A stretch of DNA of 45,366 bases, counting the filler, from Jimgerdemannia flammicorona (lineage: Eukaryota): the NCBI GenBank assembly GCA_003990765.1. It is 2 parts of 2 records of this genome, joined end to end, with 100 filler letters (N's around TTAATTAATTAA, not from the genome) between each part and the next. Parts side by side here need not be neighbours in the genome. Positions count along the whole stretch, not along the records: positions 22,738 to 45,366 come from RBNJ01001237.1; 1 more part is not named here. One strand, 5' to 3'. Every line of letters starts with the position of its first letter. Positions within the stretch are counted from its first letter, which is position 1. A program made the position numbers and the translations under genes. Positions 23,083 through 34,751 of this stretch are shown in pieces. The notes beneath the pieces were generated by a model. It searched no databases. It had not been told where the DNA came from and saw only the letters and a program-made list of their open reading frames with translations.

Positions 23083-23485
23083 TGTAATATTTTACCAAAG
23101 TTTATTTCTTTTCTTTGTCTTTCTTCAATATTCTACAACCTTCCAGTACTTTCCAAATGCTTAGAAATCCTTTCTTGGTACTGAGCATCCTCTAGTACTT
23201 ATTTAGCTAGTCACTGAACATCCTGGAAACTTGTAGAACTTTATTTATCATCATTTGTCATCTTTGCCAAGAACTTTTCTCTTGGCATTTTCCTTTGATT
23301 TCTCAGATCCTTCCAGATCCTTCTTTCAGATCTTGTATTAATATCCCCTTTGTTCTCATGAATAAAGTCTCAGAATATTTTCTCTCAGAAATCCTTCAAG
23401 AATACTTAAATTCTTTGTATCTCTTTGAGCTACTTAGGACTACCAGAATTAGTTGCTTCCTCATTTAGAAACTAGAACCATTATA
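23083..23485 (+). repeat. 5' LTR
   Basis: TGTAA...TTATA (decayed TTACA), AATAAA at ~23361, about 93% identical to the 3' LTR by manual count. Confidence 0.97.
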
Positions 23486-23487
23486 CT

Positions 23488-23500
23488 TGGTAGCAGCAGT
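23488..23500 (+). promoter_or_regulatory. PBS, initiator tRNA-Met type (TGGTAGCAGCAGT)
   Basis: Lies 2 nt after the 5' LTR. TGGTAGC is complementary to the ...GCUACCA end of eukaryotic tRNA-iMet. Confidence 0.8.
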
Positions 23501-24597
23501 TAAGTTACACCTAGCCTTATTAAGACACCTCTCAAGATATCAGTCTCAACACTATGGAGGACAATAGGTGGAACCCTTCATATAGTACCTACGGTCCAGG
23601 CAATGTCTCATACAATCAGTATAATCAGCAAGAAGAAGAGGAACAGCAAAACCCTACTCAGTCGAATGGGGCCATTGAGAGTCTTTTGCAGACTACACTA
23701 GCTCAGATTGCTCAACTTCAAGAATGCATAGAAAGAAAGGAAAGCAAGGCCTCCACTTACACCTCCACATCTCTACCAACATCAATATATCTGACAGCAG
23801 TCACTATCAAGCCTCAGAAGCCCGATACCTTTGATGGTCAAAGAGGAGGACTGTCTACCAATGCCTGGCTTTTCCAATTAGAGCAATATAAAGAACTGAT
23901 CAATTTGGAAAAAGCAACACTAGTCCAATTTGCCGCCACACTCTCCTGAGGGAATGCTGCAATCTGGTGGCAAAATTATATCCAGAATACCAGATTCTCT
24001 GGTCAAATCAAGACTTGGGGCAAATTCTCTGATGCTATTTAAGGCCAATTCAAACCAGTCAACAGCACCAAGGCCATGTGAGACTGTCTGGCAAATGTCA
24101 AACAACTCAAGTCTATGTAAGCATACAATGTACAATTCCTGTCAATCCTGCTAGAATTACCACATGTTACTGAAGATGAGAAGGTCAACAAGTACATCTG
24201 AGGCCTGAAAGGTCAAACCCAAGTTTGTATCGAACTAGAAGAACCCAAGGACCTAGATATAGCAATGAAAATTGCTGATAGGTTTAATGTCATTACCTAT
24301 GGTCACTGCTTTGAACAGAAGAGACCACCTTTTAACAACAACAACAACCACCACAGAAGGGAGGAACCCAAAGTCAGAACTGTGGGATCTGCCTCCATGG
24401 ACCTAGACACCATTGACAAGAGCAAGAAAGGCAAGCTTACACCCAAGGAAAAGGAGCATCTCAAGAAGGCTAGAGCCTACTTCTTTTACCATCAGCCTGG
24501 TCACATTGCAACCAAATGTCCCAAGAAAACTGCCAAACCAAAGAGGATCCTGGTCCTGTCTAAAGACACTCAAGGTCAACCAGTTGAACAAGAAGTT

Positions 24598-25007
24598 GTA
24601 CTCAATTTCATGTGAGTTAACCCTAAGGCCCAGATCCCTCAAGCACAGTCAGAAGGAGCCATTGGTTTAGACCTTCAAGCAGTACAACAAGTTACTATCC
24701 CTGCACATGAAAGAAGGCTCATTCTAACTGGCCTTTCAATCGAAATCCCCAAAGAATATTATGCAAGAATTGCACCAAGATCTGGCCTCAGTTTTAAGCA
24801 CTCATTGGATGTTGGTGCTGGAGTCATTGACTCTGACTTCTGAGATGAAATGCAAGTCCTACTAGTTAACCATAAGAATCAACCATACACTGTCAATGAA
24901 GGAGACAGAATTGCACAGCTCATTCTGGAGTGAGCCACCCTACCAGTCATCAAAGAAGTCACCAAGCTGTCTTCCACCAAGCGAGATCAGAAAGGTTTGG
25001 CAGCACT
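24598..25007 (+). pseudogene. dut: dUTPase domain between gag zinc knuckle and protease
   Basis: In frame with gag: EGAIGLDL, IAPRSGLS (24778-24786 = RSG), AGVIDSDF*, GDRIAQL, KRDQKG(F)GST with a 1-nt deletion. Confidence 0.93.
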
Positions 25008-28000
25008 GATAAAGTTGCAAGCATAGCTAAGAACTGAGCCAATTAAATGCTCATTTTCAAAGGCCTAGTCAAGGAACAAGAGCTAGATATTCTCATAGAC
25101 AGTAGAGCTGTTGGGAACTTCATCAACAAGAACCTCATCGCCAAGCTCAAGATTCTCACCAAACTAGCCAGCAAGAATGGTGGAGTTGTCACTACAGATG
25201 GTACCATCTTACCAATTGACTCAATTGCTGCTAAACTTCCCCTTAAGATCCAGAAGTACTGAGAATGTTTAGATTTCGAGGTAGCACCACTAGGAGACCA
25301 TGACCTGATCCTAGGCAAACTCTGGCTTACATGGCACAACCCTCAGATTGATTGGACCAAGAATGAAGTCACCTTGATTCAGGATGGAGCCAACATTACC
25401 ATCAAGTCAGACAAGACTCAGACGAGAACCCCAATTGCAACCCTTTCAGCAATTCAGTTCAAGAAGGCCCTCAAGAAAGCTACCTGTGCCTTTGTGGTAC
25501 TGATCTGATCAAAGAAAGAAGACAAGAAGCTATTGATTAGTGAAAGCATCAAGTTACTGCTGAACAAGTATAAGGATGTCTTCCCAGACAAACTACCTGG
25601 TCTACCACCTTCAAGAGACCATGACCATGAAATTAAGTTGGTACCAGATGCAGCTATACCTAAGAAGAAAATGTACTGCATGTCTCTACTTAAAATTGAA
25701 GCAGTCAAGAAGGAACTCAATGAACTCATTGAGTGAGGAGCCATTCAGCCAAGCAAGTCACCCTTTGGTTCCCCAGTCCTATTTGTCAAGAAAAAGGATG
25801 ATACTTTGCGAATGTGCATAGACTACCATACACTCAACAAGATCATAGTCAAGAACCATTATCTGCTACCACTCATAGATCAAATCTTTGATGCCCTCAA
25901 GAATGCCAAGTACTTCACCAAGATTGATCTCACCTCTGGATATCACCAAATTCGAATCAAGCCAGAAGACATACCCAAGACTGCCTTCATGACACCCTTT
26001 GGACTCTATGAATTTCTAGTCATGGCCTTTGGTCTCACCAATACATCAGCAATCTTTCAAGACCTCATGCAAACCATCTTCAAGGACCAGCTCTATATCT
26101 TTGTACTTGTATACATTGATGACATCCTGATCTTCAGTGGTACTGAAGAAGAACACCTCAAGCACATTGAACAAGTCCTCAAGATCCTCTGCAAGAACAA
26201 GCTCTATGCAAAGCTCAAGAAATGTAAATTTTTCAAGGATCAAGTCAAATACCTTGGACACATTGTATCAGCCAAAGGAATTCAAGTAGACCCAAGGAAA
26301 ATACAAGCCATTGAACAGTGGTCTGTATCAGCAAACCTCACTGAACTCAGGTCCTTCCTTGGTCTGGCTGGATACTACTGTCAATTTGTCAAGAACTTCT
26401 CTAGTATTGCAGAATCTTTGACAAATCTCCTGTGAAAGGAACCCAACTCTGACCTCTATGTCCCCTACATCTGGAATGCCTTCTGTCAACAAGCTTTTCA
26501 AGAACTCAAGAACTACCTGACTCATGTACCTGTCCTTAGAAACATGGACCCAAACTTGAAGTTCATGGTTACTACAGATACATCTAACTTTGTCATTGGT
26601 GCAGTCATTTTTCAAGATGATGGTCAAGAACACTGACCTATTACCTTTGAGTCAAGAAAATTGTCCCCAGCAGAACAAAAGCTGGCTACTCACGAAAAGG
26701 AACTCCTGGCAATCATGCATGCCCTCAAGACCTGGTGATACTATCTAGAAGGAGTTGAGTTTGATATGATCACCAATCACAGGTTCCTTCAGTATATCAA
26801 CACTCAACCAACCCTTTCTTACCAACAAGCCAAATGGAGCCAACTACTTCAGACCTTTACCCCAAACATCATCTACAAGCCTGGCAAAACTCTAGTTGTA
26901 CCAGATGCACTTTCAAGAAAACCTGACCTCGCCATGATTTTACAAGTCACTGTGGCACCTGAATTCCTCAACTAGATCAAGAAGGTATATGAACAAGACT
27001 CTCTGGTTCTACAAAGGAATACCAAGGAATTCAAGGAAAAGTACACTATCAAGGATAACCTCATATACTATTAAGACAAAGTATATATTCCTGCCAACCC
27101 CGAACTACAGTACAAGATTCTTCATGAACATCATAACTCTCCACTAGCTGGTTACCTTAGAACTGAGAAGGTTATCAAGAATATCCAATGAGACTACTAC
27201 TGGCCAAATATGCTCAAGAAAATCAAGAAGTATGTCCAAAGCTGCAATCTCTGCCAAAGAAACAAGTCAAGCAATCAAGTACCTGCCAGTCTTCTACAAC
27301 CCTTGTCAATTCTGATCAAGAAGTTCAAACAAGTCACAATGGACTTCATTGTACAACTCCCATAAACCAAAACAGGCTATGATGCCTTTTTTGTGTTTGT
27401 GGACCATCTCACCAAGATTACAATCACCAAGTCAACCACAACCAATGCCACTGCCTCAGAAATTGCAAGAATCTTCTTCAAGACTGTCTTCTACCATTAT
27501 GGACTTCTCTGAGTAATTATCAGTGACCATGACCCCAAGTTCACAAGTTACTTCTGGTAAGTACTCTTTAAGACCCTTGAAACCCAAATTGCTATATCCA
27601 CTGCCTTCCATCCTCAAACTGATAGACAGATAGAGCAAATGAACAGAACACTTGAACAAATGCTCAGAAACTATGTGTCTTATGAGCAAGATAATTGGGA
27701 CTACTATCTGACCTATGCTGAGTTTGCCTACAATAATGTCAACCAATCATCAACTGGCCTTTCTCCATTTCAGCTACTTCATAGTCAAAACCCTAAGACC
27801 TCTATGAGCCTAGTCCAATTCTAGCAATCCAGTCACACACAAGTCCCCACAGCCCAGAACCTTATCGACAAAATGGACTCTCTTCTCAAGATCACCACTA
27901 TAAACCTGCAAAAGGCTCAGCAATATCAAGCTAAGTATATAGATAAGAAGTGACGAGATGTCATATATAACATTGGTGATATGGTTCTACTCAAAGCTGA

Positions 28001-28238
28001 CAATATCAAGACTCAATCTCAAGTCAACTGTCAGTTAGCCAAATTCCAGCCCAAGTACCTTGGACCCTTCGAGATCACTGAGCAAGTCTCTATCTGGTCT
28101 TACTATCTCAACTTGCCAACAACCATGCATATATATCCAGTATTCCATATGTCACAACTCAAGACCTGGAACCAGTCACCCCCATACCCTGGCCGAATTC
28201 TGACACTATCAGCACCAGTTATAGTTGAAGACCACATT

Positions 28239-28390
28239 GAGTATGAAGTTGAGAAAATCTTAGACAAGTAAGTCTGATACCGTCGCACAGAATACATAGT
28301 CAAGTAGATGGGTTACCCTAAATATGATGCTACCTGGGAACCTGCCACCAATCTCAAGAACTCCCAAGATCTCATCCAAGAGTTTGAGCA
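28239..28390 (+). other. Chromodomain at the integrase C-terminus
   Basis: EYEVEKILDK*V*YRRTEYIVK*MGYPKYDATWEPATNLKNSQDLIQEFE. Confidence 0.92.
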
Positions 28391-28706
28391 AAAAGGAACT
28401 CATTGACTGCCCATGAGATTCTCTCCTTGGATAGTAGATGACCTACTATGCTGATCAGGCACATTACACATTGAGGCTCTCTAAGGGATACAGCATCAGA
28501 AGCAGGAGATATAGGAGAACTCTATAAATCCTGCAACCAATGAGGTTTGAACCAGTTCTCATCTGATCAAGATGATACTTTGGCCCTCACCTTATACAAG
28601 GATGGCCAATCCTTGCCAATGAGTTGGTATATTTAATTTGAAGTTTCTTTTAGTCTTATTGTTTATTATGTGTAACTTTGAGAATTCAACAAGGACATTG
28701 ATTCTT

Positions 28707-28719
28707 AAGGAGGGGGAGA
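28707..28719 (+). promoter_or_regulatory. Polypurine tract
   Basis: AAGGAGGGGGAGA immediately before the 3' LTR. Confidence 0.93.
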
Positions 28720-29122
28720 TGTAATATTTTAGTGTAGTTTATTTCTTTTCTTTGTCTTTCTTCAATATTCTACAATTTTCTGGTACTTTCCGAATGCTTA
28801 GAAATCCTTTCTTAGTACCGAGCATCCTCTAGTACTTATTTAGCTAGTCACTGAACATCCTGGAAACTTGTAGAACTTTATTTGTCATTATTTGTCATCT
28901 TTGCTGAGAACTTTCCTCTTGGCATTTTCCTTTGATTTCTCAGATCCTTCTGGATCCTTCTTTCAGATCTTGTATAAATATCCCCTTTGTTCTCATGAAT
29001 AAAGTCTCAGAATATTTTCTCTCAGAAATCTTTTGAGAACACTTGAATTCTTCGTATCTCTTTGAGCTACTTAGAACTATCAGAATTAGTCACTTCCTCA
29101 TTTAGAAACTAGAACCGTTATA
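28720..29122 (+). repeat. 3' LTR
   Basis: Same length as and colinear with the 5' LTR, followed by the TSD. Confidence 0.97.
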
Positions 29123-29127
29123 GCTTA

Positions 29128-29543
29128 TTTTTTTCAGAAATCATTCAAGACTACTTAAACATATAAGTATCTCTTTGAGCTACTTTAGACTCTCTAGAAA
29201 CTTCTAGATTTAGCTACTTTCTCTTAAAGAAACTAGAACTAGATATTTTATATAGATATAGTTATTATCTAGTTATTATCTGTATAATTATAAAGTATGT
29301 AGTAAGACTAATTATAGAAGTTATGACCTCTCAATTCTTTGGAGAATAGTATATCATCAAAGTATAACATATCTGCTAGAAAAGCATTTTTACTAAAAAT
29401 AATATATATAAATATTGGGTGTTTAGATATTTATACAAATTGATAGTACATATAAATAACTATATTATATTTGTGATATATTACTGTTGTACTATAATGT
29501 TTACTCATCATACTACAATGTAGCCAATGACAACTATTATCAC
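29128..29543 (+). repeat. Remainder of an older LTR interrupted by the chromovirus
   Basis: 29128-29240 resembles the chromovirus LTR 3' third. 29244-29543 is homologous to 11890-12177. Confidence 0.7.
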
Positions 29544-29629
29544 AATGGGCCTAGTTGTGTAATAGTAGATGGTAACAGAAAACCACATTGAAACATATTC
29601 TACAAATAATTCAAGAATATCAATAGGAG

Positions 29630-32600
29630 GCCTACTTATGATTTACAGAGCAGTTCCATAGATCCAAAACATTCTGTCCTTGAGCAAAGCTGTCAGGTCT
29701 CTCTGATTTATCCTCTCCCCTAACCGAATAGACCTTCCTGCAGATGTGATCATAAATGGACCACATGCTGGCAGTATTTTGGTGCTGGCAGAAGAGAGAG
29801 TCATGGTCTCCCATGAATGAGTGGAAAGAGGCGTCGGTCCCTTCGAACGGACATCGTTTGCGCCAAAGTGCTGGCCCCACCATGCCAATAATGAGGGTGT
29901 CAGTCACTGATCTGAAATGTGATACCAATATCTTCTAGCGTATATTGGTGACAAGGGAGGTGCTGATCAAGGAAGGTGGCGAGTTTAATAGATGAGAGCA
30001 TCAATCTAGTTCACTTTGCAAAGGCACTGAGAATTTCACTGCCAACATCCTGAACAATAAGGATGCCAAGAAAATGAAATAAAGTACCATATGGTCCTCA
30101 TTCGCAGGCAACAGCCTACTTGCTTCGTGATGACTCATTTTTCTCGAAAGGTCTGTACAATTTCAACAAGAGATAGAATGTTTCACATGCGGGTCAGCAA
30201 AGGTGTCTTTTTCTAACTGTAAAGCATTCCACACTCAACACTCGCACTGCCCACCACATCTCTCCTTTATGCATAAAAGCGCATTTTTTGTATATCAATA
30301 AAGTGCCGCTCTTGAGAAAAACCAAATATTACAACAGCTATTAGTTCTGTCGGCGATCAATATTTCTTTTTGAGTAGGATCGTTTAAATCGGTTTTACAG
30401 ACTGGAAGATTCTTTGTTTTCCTTCCAAAGGAGCATATAAAATATGTGCAAAGGGCAATTATGGCAAATGACAATTATATCCCAATGACGCAACGCGTGA
30501 ACTGAGCGATGCTTGCCACTGACCACCAGGTAATCGCACTCCAGAGAACCAGCGTCCCATTCATATAACCAAGATAACATTTCAAGCGGACGCCATTAAT
30601 AAAATGGAATGAGGCCAATTCCTCAAACATGTCGGGCAAAGCCAGAACACGATAACTATCCATTGGTAGAGCTTTATTAAGAAAATATGCCACGTTCGGA
30701 TATCTTGAATCGCGCAGCGTCTGAACCTTGTTAGAAGGTTTCCCATACCATGGCAGAAAGGGTCTGTGTAATGTGAAGTAACCAAACAGCCGAGTGGATT
30801 TTATTATTAGATTTCCTGCGGGAAATTGTCACACGACTTATTGCTCCAGAAAACCCCTTATATAAATAGAATGGAAGAGGTCCATATAGGCCGAGTATAG
30901 GCAAACAGAGTCGCAGTTTCATTACAAAATTACATTGTCTCACACCTTCTCTAAGTGCGACGTGAATCTTGTATTCGTCGTCTCTTTTCAACAATAACTT
31001 GCCATCGCAGAGTTGCGACAGGTTCCCTCTTATGGTGTCAATGCTGGAATCGACCATTTCCGACGATGAACCAGTCAAATGAACAAAATATCGTACGAAC
31101 GCGAGCACCGATTCCGTGATTGGTCCCGTGAAAAGAGAACACATATACAGTAGCATGCGCTGCTGCGTTGGAAGCTTGTCGATTGTTGGTCGGAAACGGA
31201 ATTCGAATTTTCTACTTTCATATGAGCCATCTGTTAGCATTGCGTCGAAACGATCACGAACGATTTCTTTAAGTGATACATTTTGATGCTGTGGTTTGGT
31301 GGTGGCATGGCCAAGGAACTCCAAACATAGTGGATGCCCGTCTACGAGCCTGACGAGTTCGTGTAGCAACTGCGTCGCATTCGCTTCATTCTTCACCCTC
31401 TGCTTCACTTGAGCGTCAAGATTTCGAATGAACAATTCGACGCCACTCTCAATGTCGGAATCCGTCGGACCGTCGGAATCTGTAAAACCGTCGAGGTGCA
31501 TCTCTTCCTCCTCTGCTGTCCATTTCAAATGTTGATTCGATGTTGCGAGAATTCTTCCGAAACCAGTCTACCAACATTACGGCGCCCTCATCGCCTCTGA
31601 CTTGTGCACGCTTCAAGTTATCAGCTTGATCGAGGACCAGCAAACTTGTCCTTTGCGACTTAAATCTGTCGAAGATGGCCCGTTCCACCATGTGAAAGTC
31701 ATTGCCAAAATCTTCCTTGAACATAACCTGACTCAGGCCTTGGAGATATTTGATAACCGATATCTCGCGCGAAGGATCGAATTGCCAAGCGAAGATCCCA
31801 CCGGGGAAGAGATGCGCCATCCGCCTGACTGCCTTCTCAGCCAACGCCGTTTTTCCCTGACCAGCAATACCTTCAATGATGTACATGGGACAGGTCTGTG
31901 TCCCTCTCTCCGCCATACGCCTCAAAACGCGGGTTATCTCGATAAGCTCCTCCTTGCGTCCGCAAAAAAATCGCGTGAAAGAAATGTCTTGAAGGTTGTT
32001 GCGGGGCACACGGGATTCGATTGTGGGCCTTCCCTCCACGCACTTGAACGCGCCATCCTCTTCCCGAAACGTGGATGAGTAGAGCATAATGGCACCGGGG
32101 AAGTAGTCGTGTTGTCTGATGTCTTTTGGGTCTTTCATGGAGGCGCGCGCCTCCAACATCGCTGCTTCGACCGTGCAGCCACCGGAAAGGCACAGGTAGA
32201 ATTTGCATTCGAACTTGCGGGCAAGGTCGTCTGGCAGGGGAGAGTATGAGCCAATGGTGTATAGAACGCCGTGCTCAGCCAGGTCTCGGGCGACACTGCG
32301 AGTATTGCAGGCAGAGAGAAATGCCAGTCGTAGGTTCTTGGCGATGGTGTCGAGGCGCAACGCGTCAACGTCAACGAAGTGGGGTTTTCCTGTGTCATGA
32401 TCTTCAAAGATGAGGGCCCTCACACCGCCTTTTTGCGAGTCGCAGTGTCCCATGAAATGAAGCACCGTGGCCATCTCAGGCTTGCCACTGAGCAACTCGT
32501 ACATTTGGTCGACGGTCGGCGGGAACACACGCTGCATCAATACCGCTCGATTGTTTTTCTCATACGCATCACATAATGTTTGAAATTGATCGCTCAGATG

Positions 32601-33137
32601 TAGATCTGGAAATTGGTTTGCGTTGGGATCGCTCAGCGGAATGATGGGGTCTGGTACGACGGCGACGATACGCAGTGGAAGTCGCTGAAGTTCTGACAGC
32701 TGAGGAATCTTCCGTCTGTGAACACGTGTGAATATGCACTTGTTGGTCAAATACCCACTGGTTTTCAGCTCCGCATTATCGGACAGAGGTGTATTGTTGC
32801 CCCAAGCGTACTCCCAGGGAATGATATCGAGGCCGTGGTCGCCGTTGAGATCGAGCAGGATCCGACGCTTGGAGAGAGGCTGTAACATATCCTGCAACAG
32901 ACGCCAGGCGTAGCTGGACTCGTTTTCTGAAAAGAGGGCCCAGAACAACCTTTTGCTGTATTTTCTGAGATCCGCAGAGTTGGGTTTCAAGTTGAAGACG
33001 TCGACGGTGATAGACCGACCTTCGTGGATTTCTTGAAGGTTGAAAGAATGGCTTTCAACGAGCTGAGCCAGATAATCATCAGCGGCAGAAACCTTGACAA
33101 GGACTCTGGTTTCTTTGGAATTGGCGCTGTTGGTATC
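29630..33137 (-). pseudogene. CHAT (caspase-like) protease fused to an NB-ARC/STAND NTPase (NLR-like), frameshifted
   Basis: IPWEY, VLHFMGH (catalytic His, ~32445-32459), FLSAC (catalytic Cys 32307-32309), FCGRKEEL, Walker A GIAGQGKT (31848-31871), Walker B LLVLDQAD. A frameshift at ~31550 leads into ILATS (sensor-1), DGHPL and YKIH (MHD-like). The C-terminal part below ~30930 is broken by several shifts and stops. Acceptor at 33138; the first exon is unresolved. Confidence 0.85.
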
Positions 33138-33573
33138 CTTTGACAAGGATATTATCATATTTGTGAGAGTGTGTGTGTGTAGGTGTGTCTTCTCTCTGTT
33201 CACTCTGAGCGTTCATGTGGAGGTGAATATACCCGGATTCCTGGGGTTCGTATCACAAACCGGGTTTGACCCGAAAAGGACAGACCCGGCGAATCGGTTT
33301 AACAACCTTCAAACTATGGGTAAGACAAAGGGAACCGCCTATTCGATTTATCCCTTTCATCATTTCCTGTACCTCCCAACATATCGACACACCAACATGC
33401 CACCGCCATGGCCGTACCAATCTTTGGGGTCCCTCATGATCATTTCCGCCCACCCTCATCAGCACGGCCTTTATCGGTATTTAAGATAATCGTTCAACCC
33501 CTAACCTCGACCATCATCCAAAATATTTCTTCAAGCCAACAAAACCTACGATCCCCCGAGATACGACATGACC

Positions 33574-34751
33574 TCACTGCAGCTTCTTCTCCGCCAGTAT
33601 CTTCTTCCGCTCCTGCAAGACCACGAAATCCATGTAGGTCAAAAATTTCGAGGAACCGATGTGTGTGTATGTGTGCGTGTATGTTGGGGTAATATGATGC
33701 CAGGAACAGGTTCGATAAACGGGAGGAAGAGCCGGAAAAATGAGCAAAAGGACAAGGAAATCTCACATAAGCAACGTCGGCGAGCGCCCAATCTAGAACC
33801 CAGTTGCTGCTAGGGCTTAGGCCAGGGAACAGAGGAGGAGAGTGGGAGAATCGATAGTGAGAAAATCATGCGAAGAATGTCGATGCCATTTATGAGCTCA
33901 TGTCTACCAAATGTATTATTACTCCTCTTCCGTCGCTTGGCTGCAATTTTGCAATTAGCGACTTCGCACCCTCCCACCTCCCTGTTTACTGTATTCTACC
34001 TGTCGGGTTCGCTTATGCCGAACTGACCATTCGCCACGCAATGTCGATATTCCGCACCGACATCAACCCATCCTTCCCCATAAACCTACTATATGTGGCG
34101 GACCGCAAGAGCGACCTGTGCAAGTCAGTCCCGACGAAATAATATCCATTCTGGAGACCTGCAATTATCAACCAGACATGATCAAAAACAGGCACGCATC
34201 AGACACCGCACTCGAGTCCAACCCCACACGGTGAATTCCCCCAACTTCTCCCGTACCCACCTTGATCACCATTCCTCGGCCGTCCGCGGCGTGTTGGCAC
34301 CCTCGATCCTCGCCGTGATCTCGGGCTTCGCCTTATTCTGCGGGCAAAAGACGCGGAGATCCGATTTATGAGTCAAATAATTATGAGGGGAAATCAACAA
34401 GTGAGGTGGGAAGCTCACCTCGGTCCCCCAAACAGAGGAGAGGATGCCGCCGGGGAAGTAGACGTGGATATTGATGCCGTACAAGCTCGTTAAGGAGGCC
34501 ATCGGCAAGACGTAGGGTGGTGGATAAAATTCGTTGTGAAGTGAGGCGGAATAGTGACGACGAATATAACGAGAGCGAGTGCATGTGTATATCGCGTTGT
34601 GGGGACCTCCCACGAAATCGCCGCCTTTACAACCAAACCCAACACCTTTCTCCTCCTGAGACCATAAAGACCCTACCACGGATCATGATGCCTAGCACGG
34701 AGGACACGAAGATAATTTTGCCCAGGGTGCCAGCATACGACTGGTGGATTC
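33574..34751 (-). pseudogene. TSC10: 3-ketodihydrosphingosine reductase (TSC10/KDSR-like SDR), C-terminal half, degenerate
   Basis: Exon pieces GKIIFVSSVLGIM (~34684-34722), SLHNEF, LYGINIHVYFPGGILS...TE|NKAKPEITARIEGANTPRTAEE, GLQNGYYFVGTDL..SLLR, and a last exon YMDFVVLQERKKILAEKKLQ* (KKxx ER signal; stop 33574-33576). The YxxxK motif and the Rossmann N-terminus are not seen. Confidence 0.75.

Larger units (their letters stand above)
23554..28406 (+). pseudogene. gag-pol: gag, CCHC, dUTPase, protease, RT, RNase H, integrase, chromodomain
   Basis: Gag PQKPDTFDG...WL; knuckle [Y]FF[Y]HQPGHIATKC; protease LIDS[R]A (25098); RT YIDD (26112-26123); RNase H TD...IGAV and EKELLAI; integrase TMDFI, IISDHD, HPQTD; GPF module; chromodomain. 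Many TGA/TAA/TAG stops and small frameshifts. Confidence 0.97.
23083..29122 (+). mobile_element. Full-length, inactivated Ty3/Gypsy chromovirus carrying dUTPase
   Basis: 403-bp LTRs (23083-23485, 28720-29122), 5-bp TSD GCTTA (23078-23082, 29123-29127), PBS, PPT and a full set of pol domains. Confidence 0.97.

Noticed and set aside
23554..28406. Alternative genetic code or programmed readthrough to explain in-frame TGA/TAG
   Set aside because: Stops of all three types coincide with C>T/G>A decay, mutated catalytic residues and frameshifts. The intact 7-TM gene uses TGA as its stop.
34266..34679. Rxt3/LCCL domain suggested by VWGTE
   Set aside because: The following YTDDSD-type motif is absent, and the surrounding sequence fits TSC10/KDSR much better.
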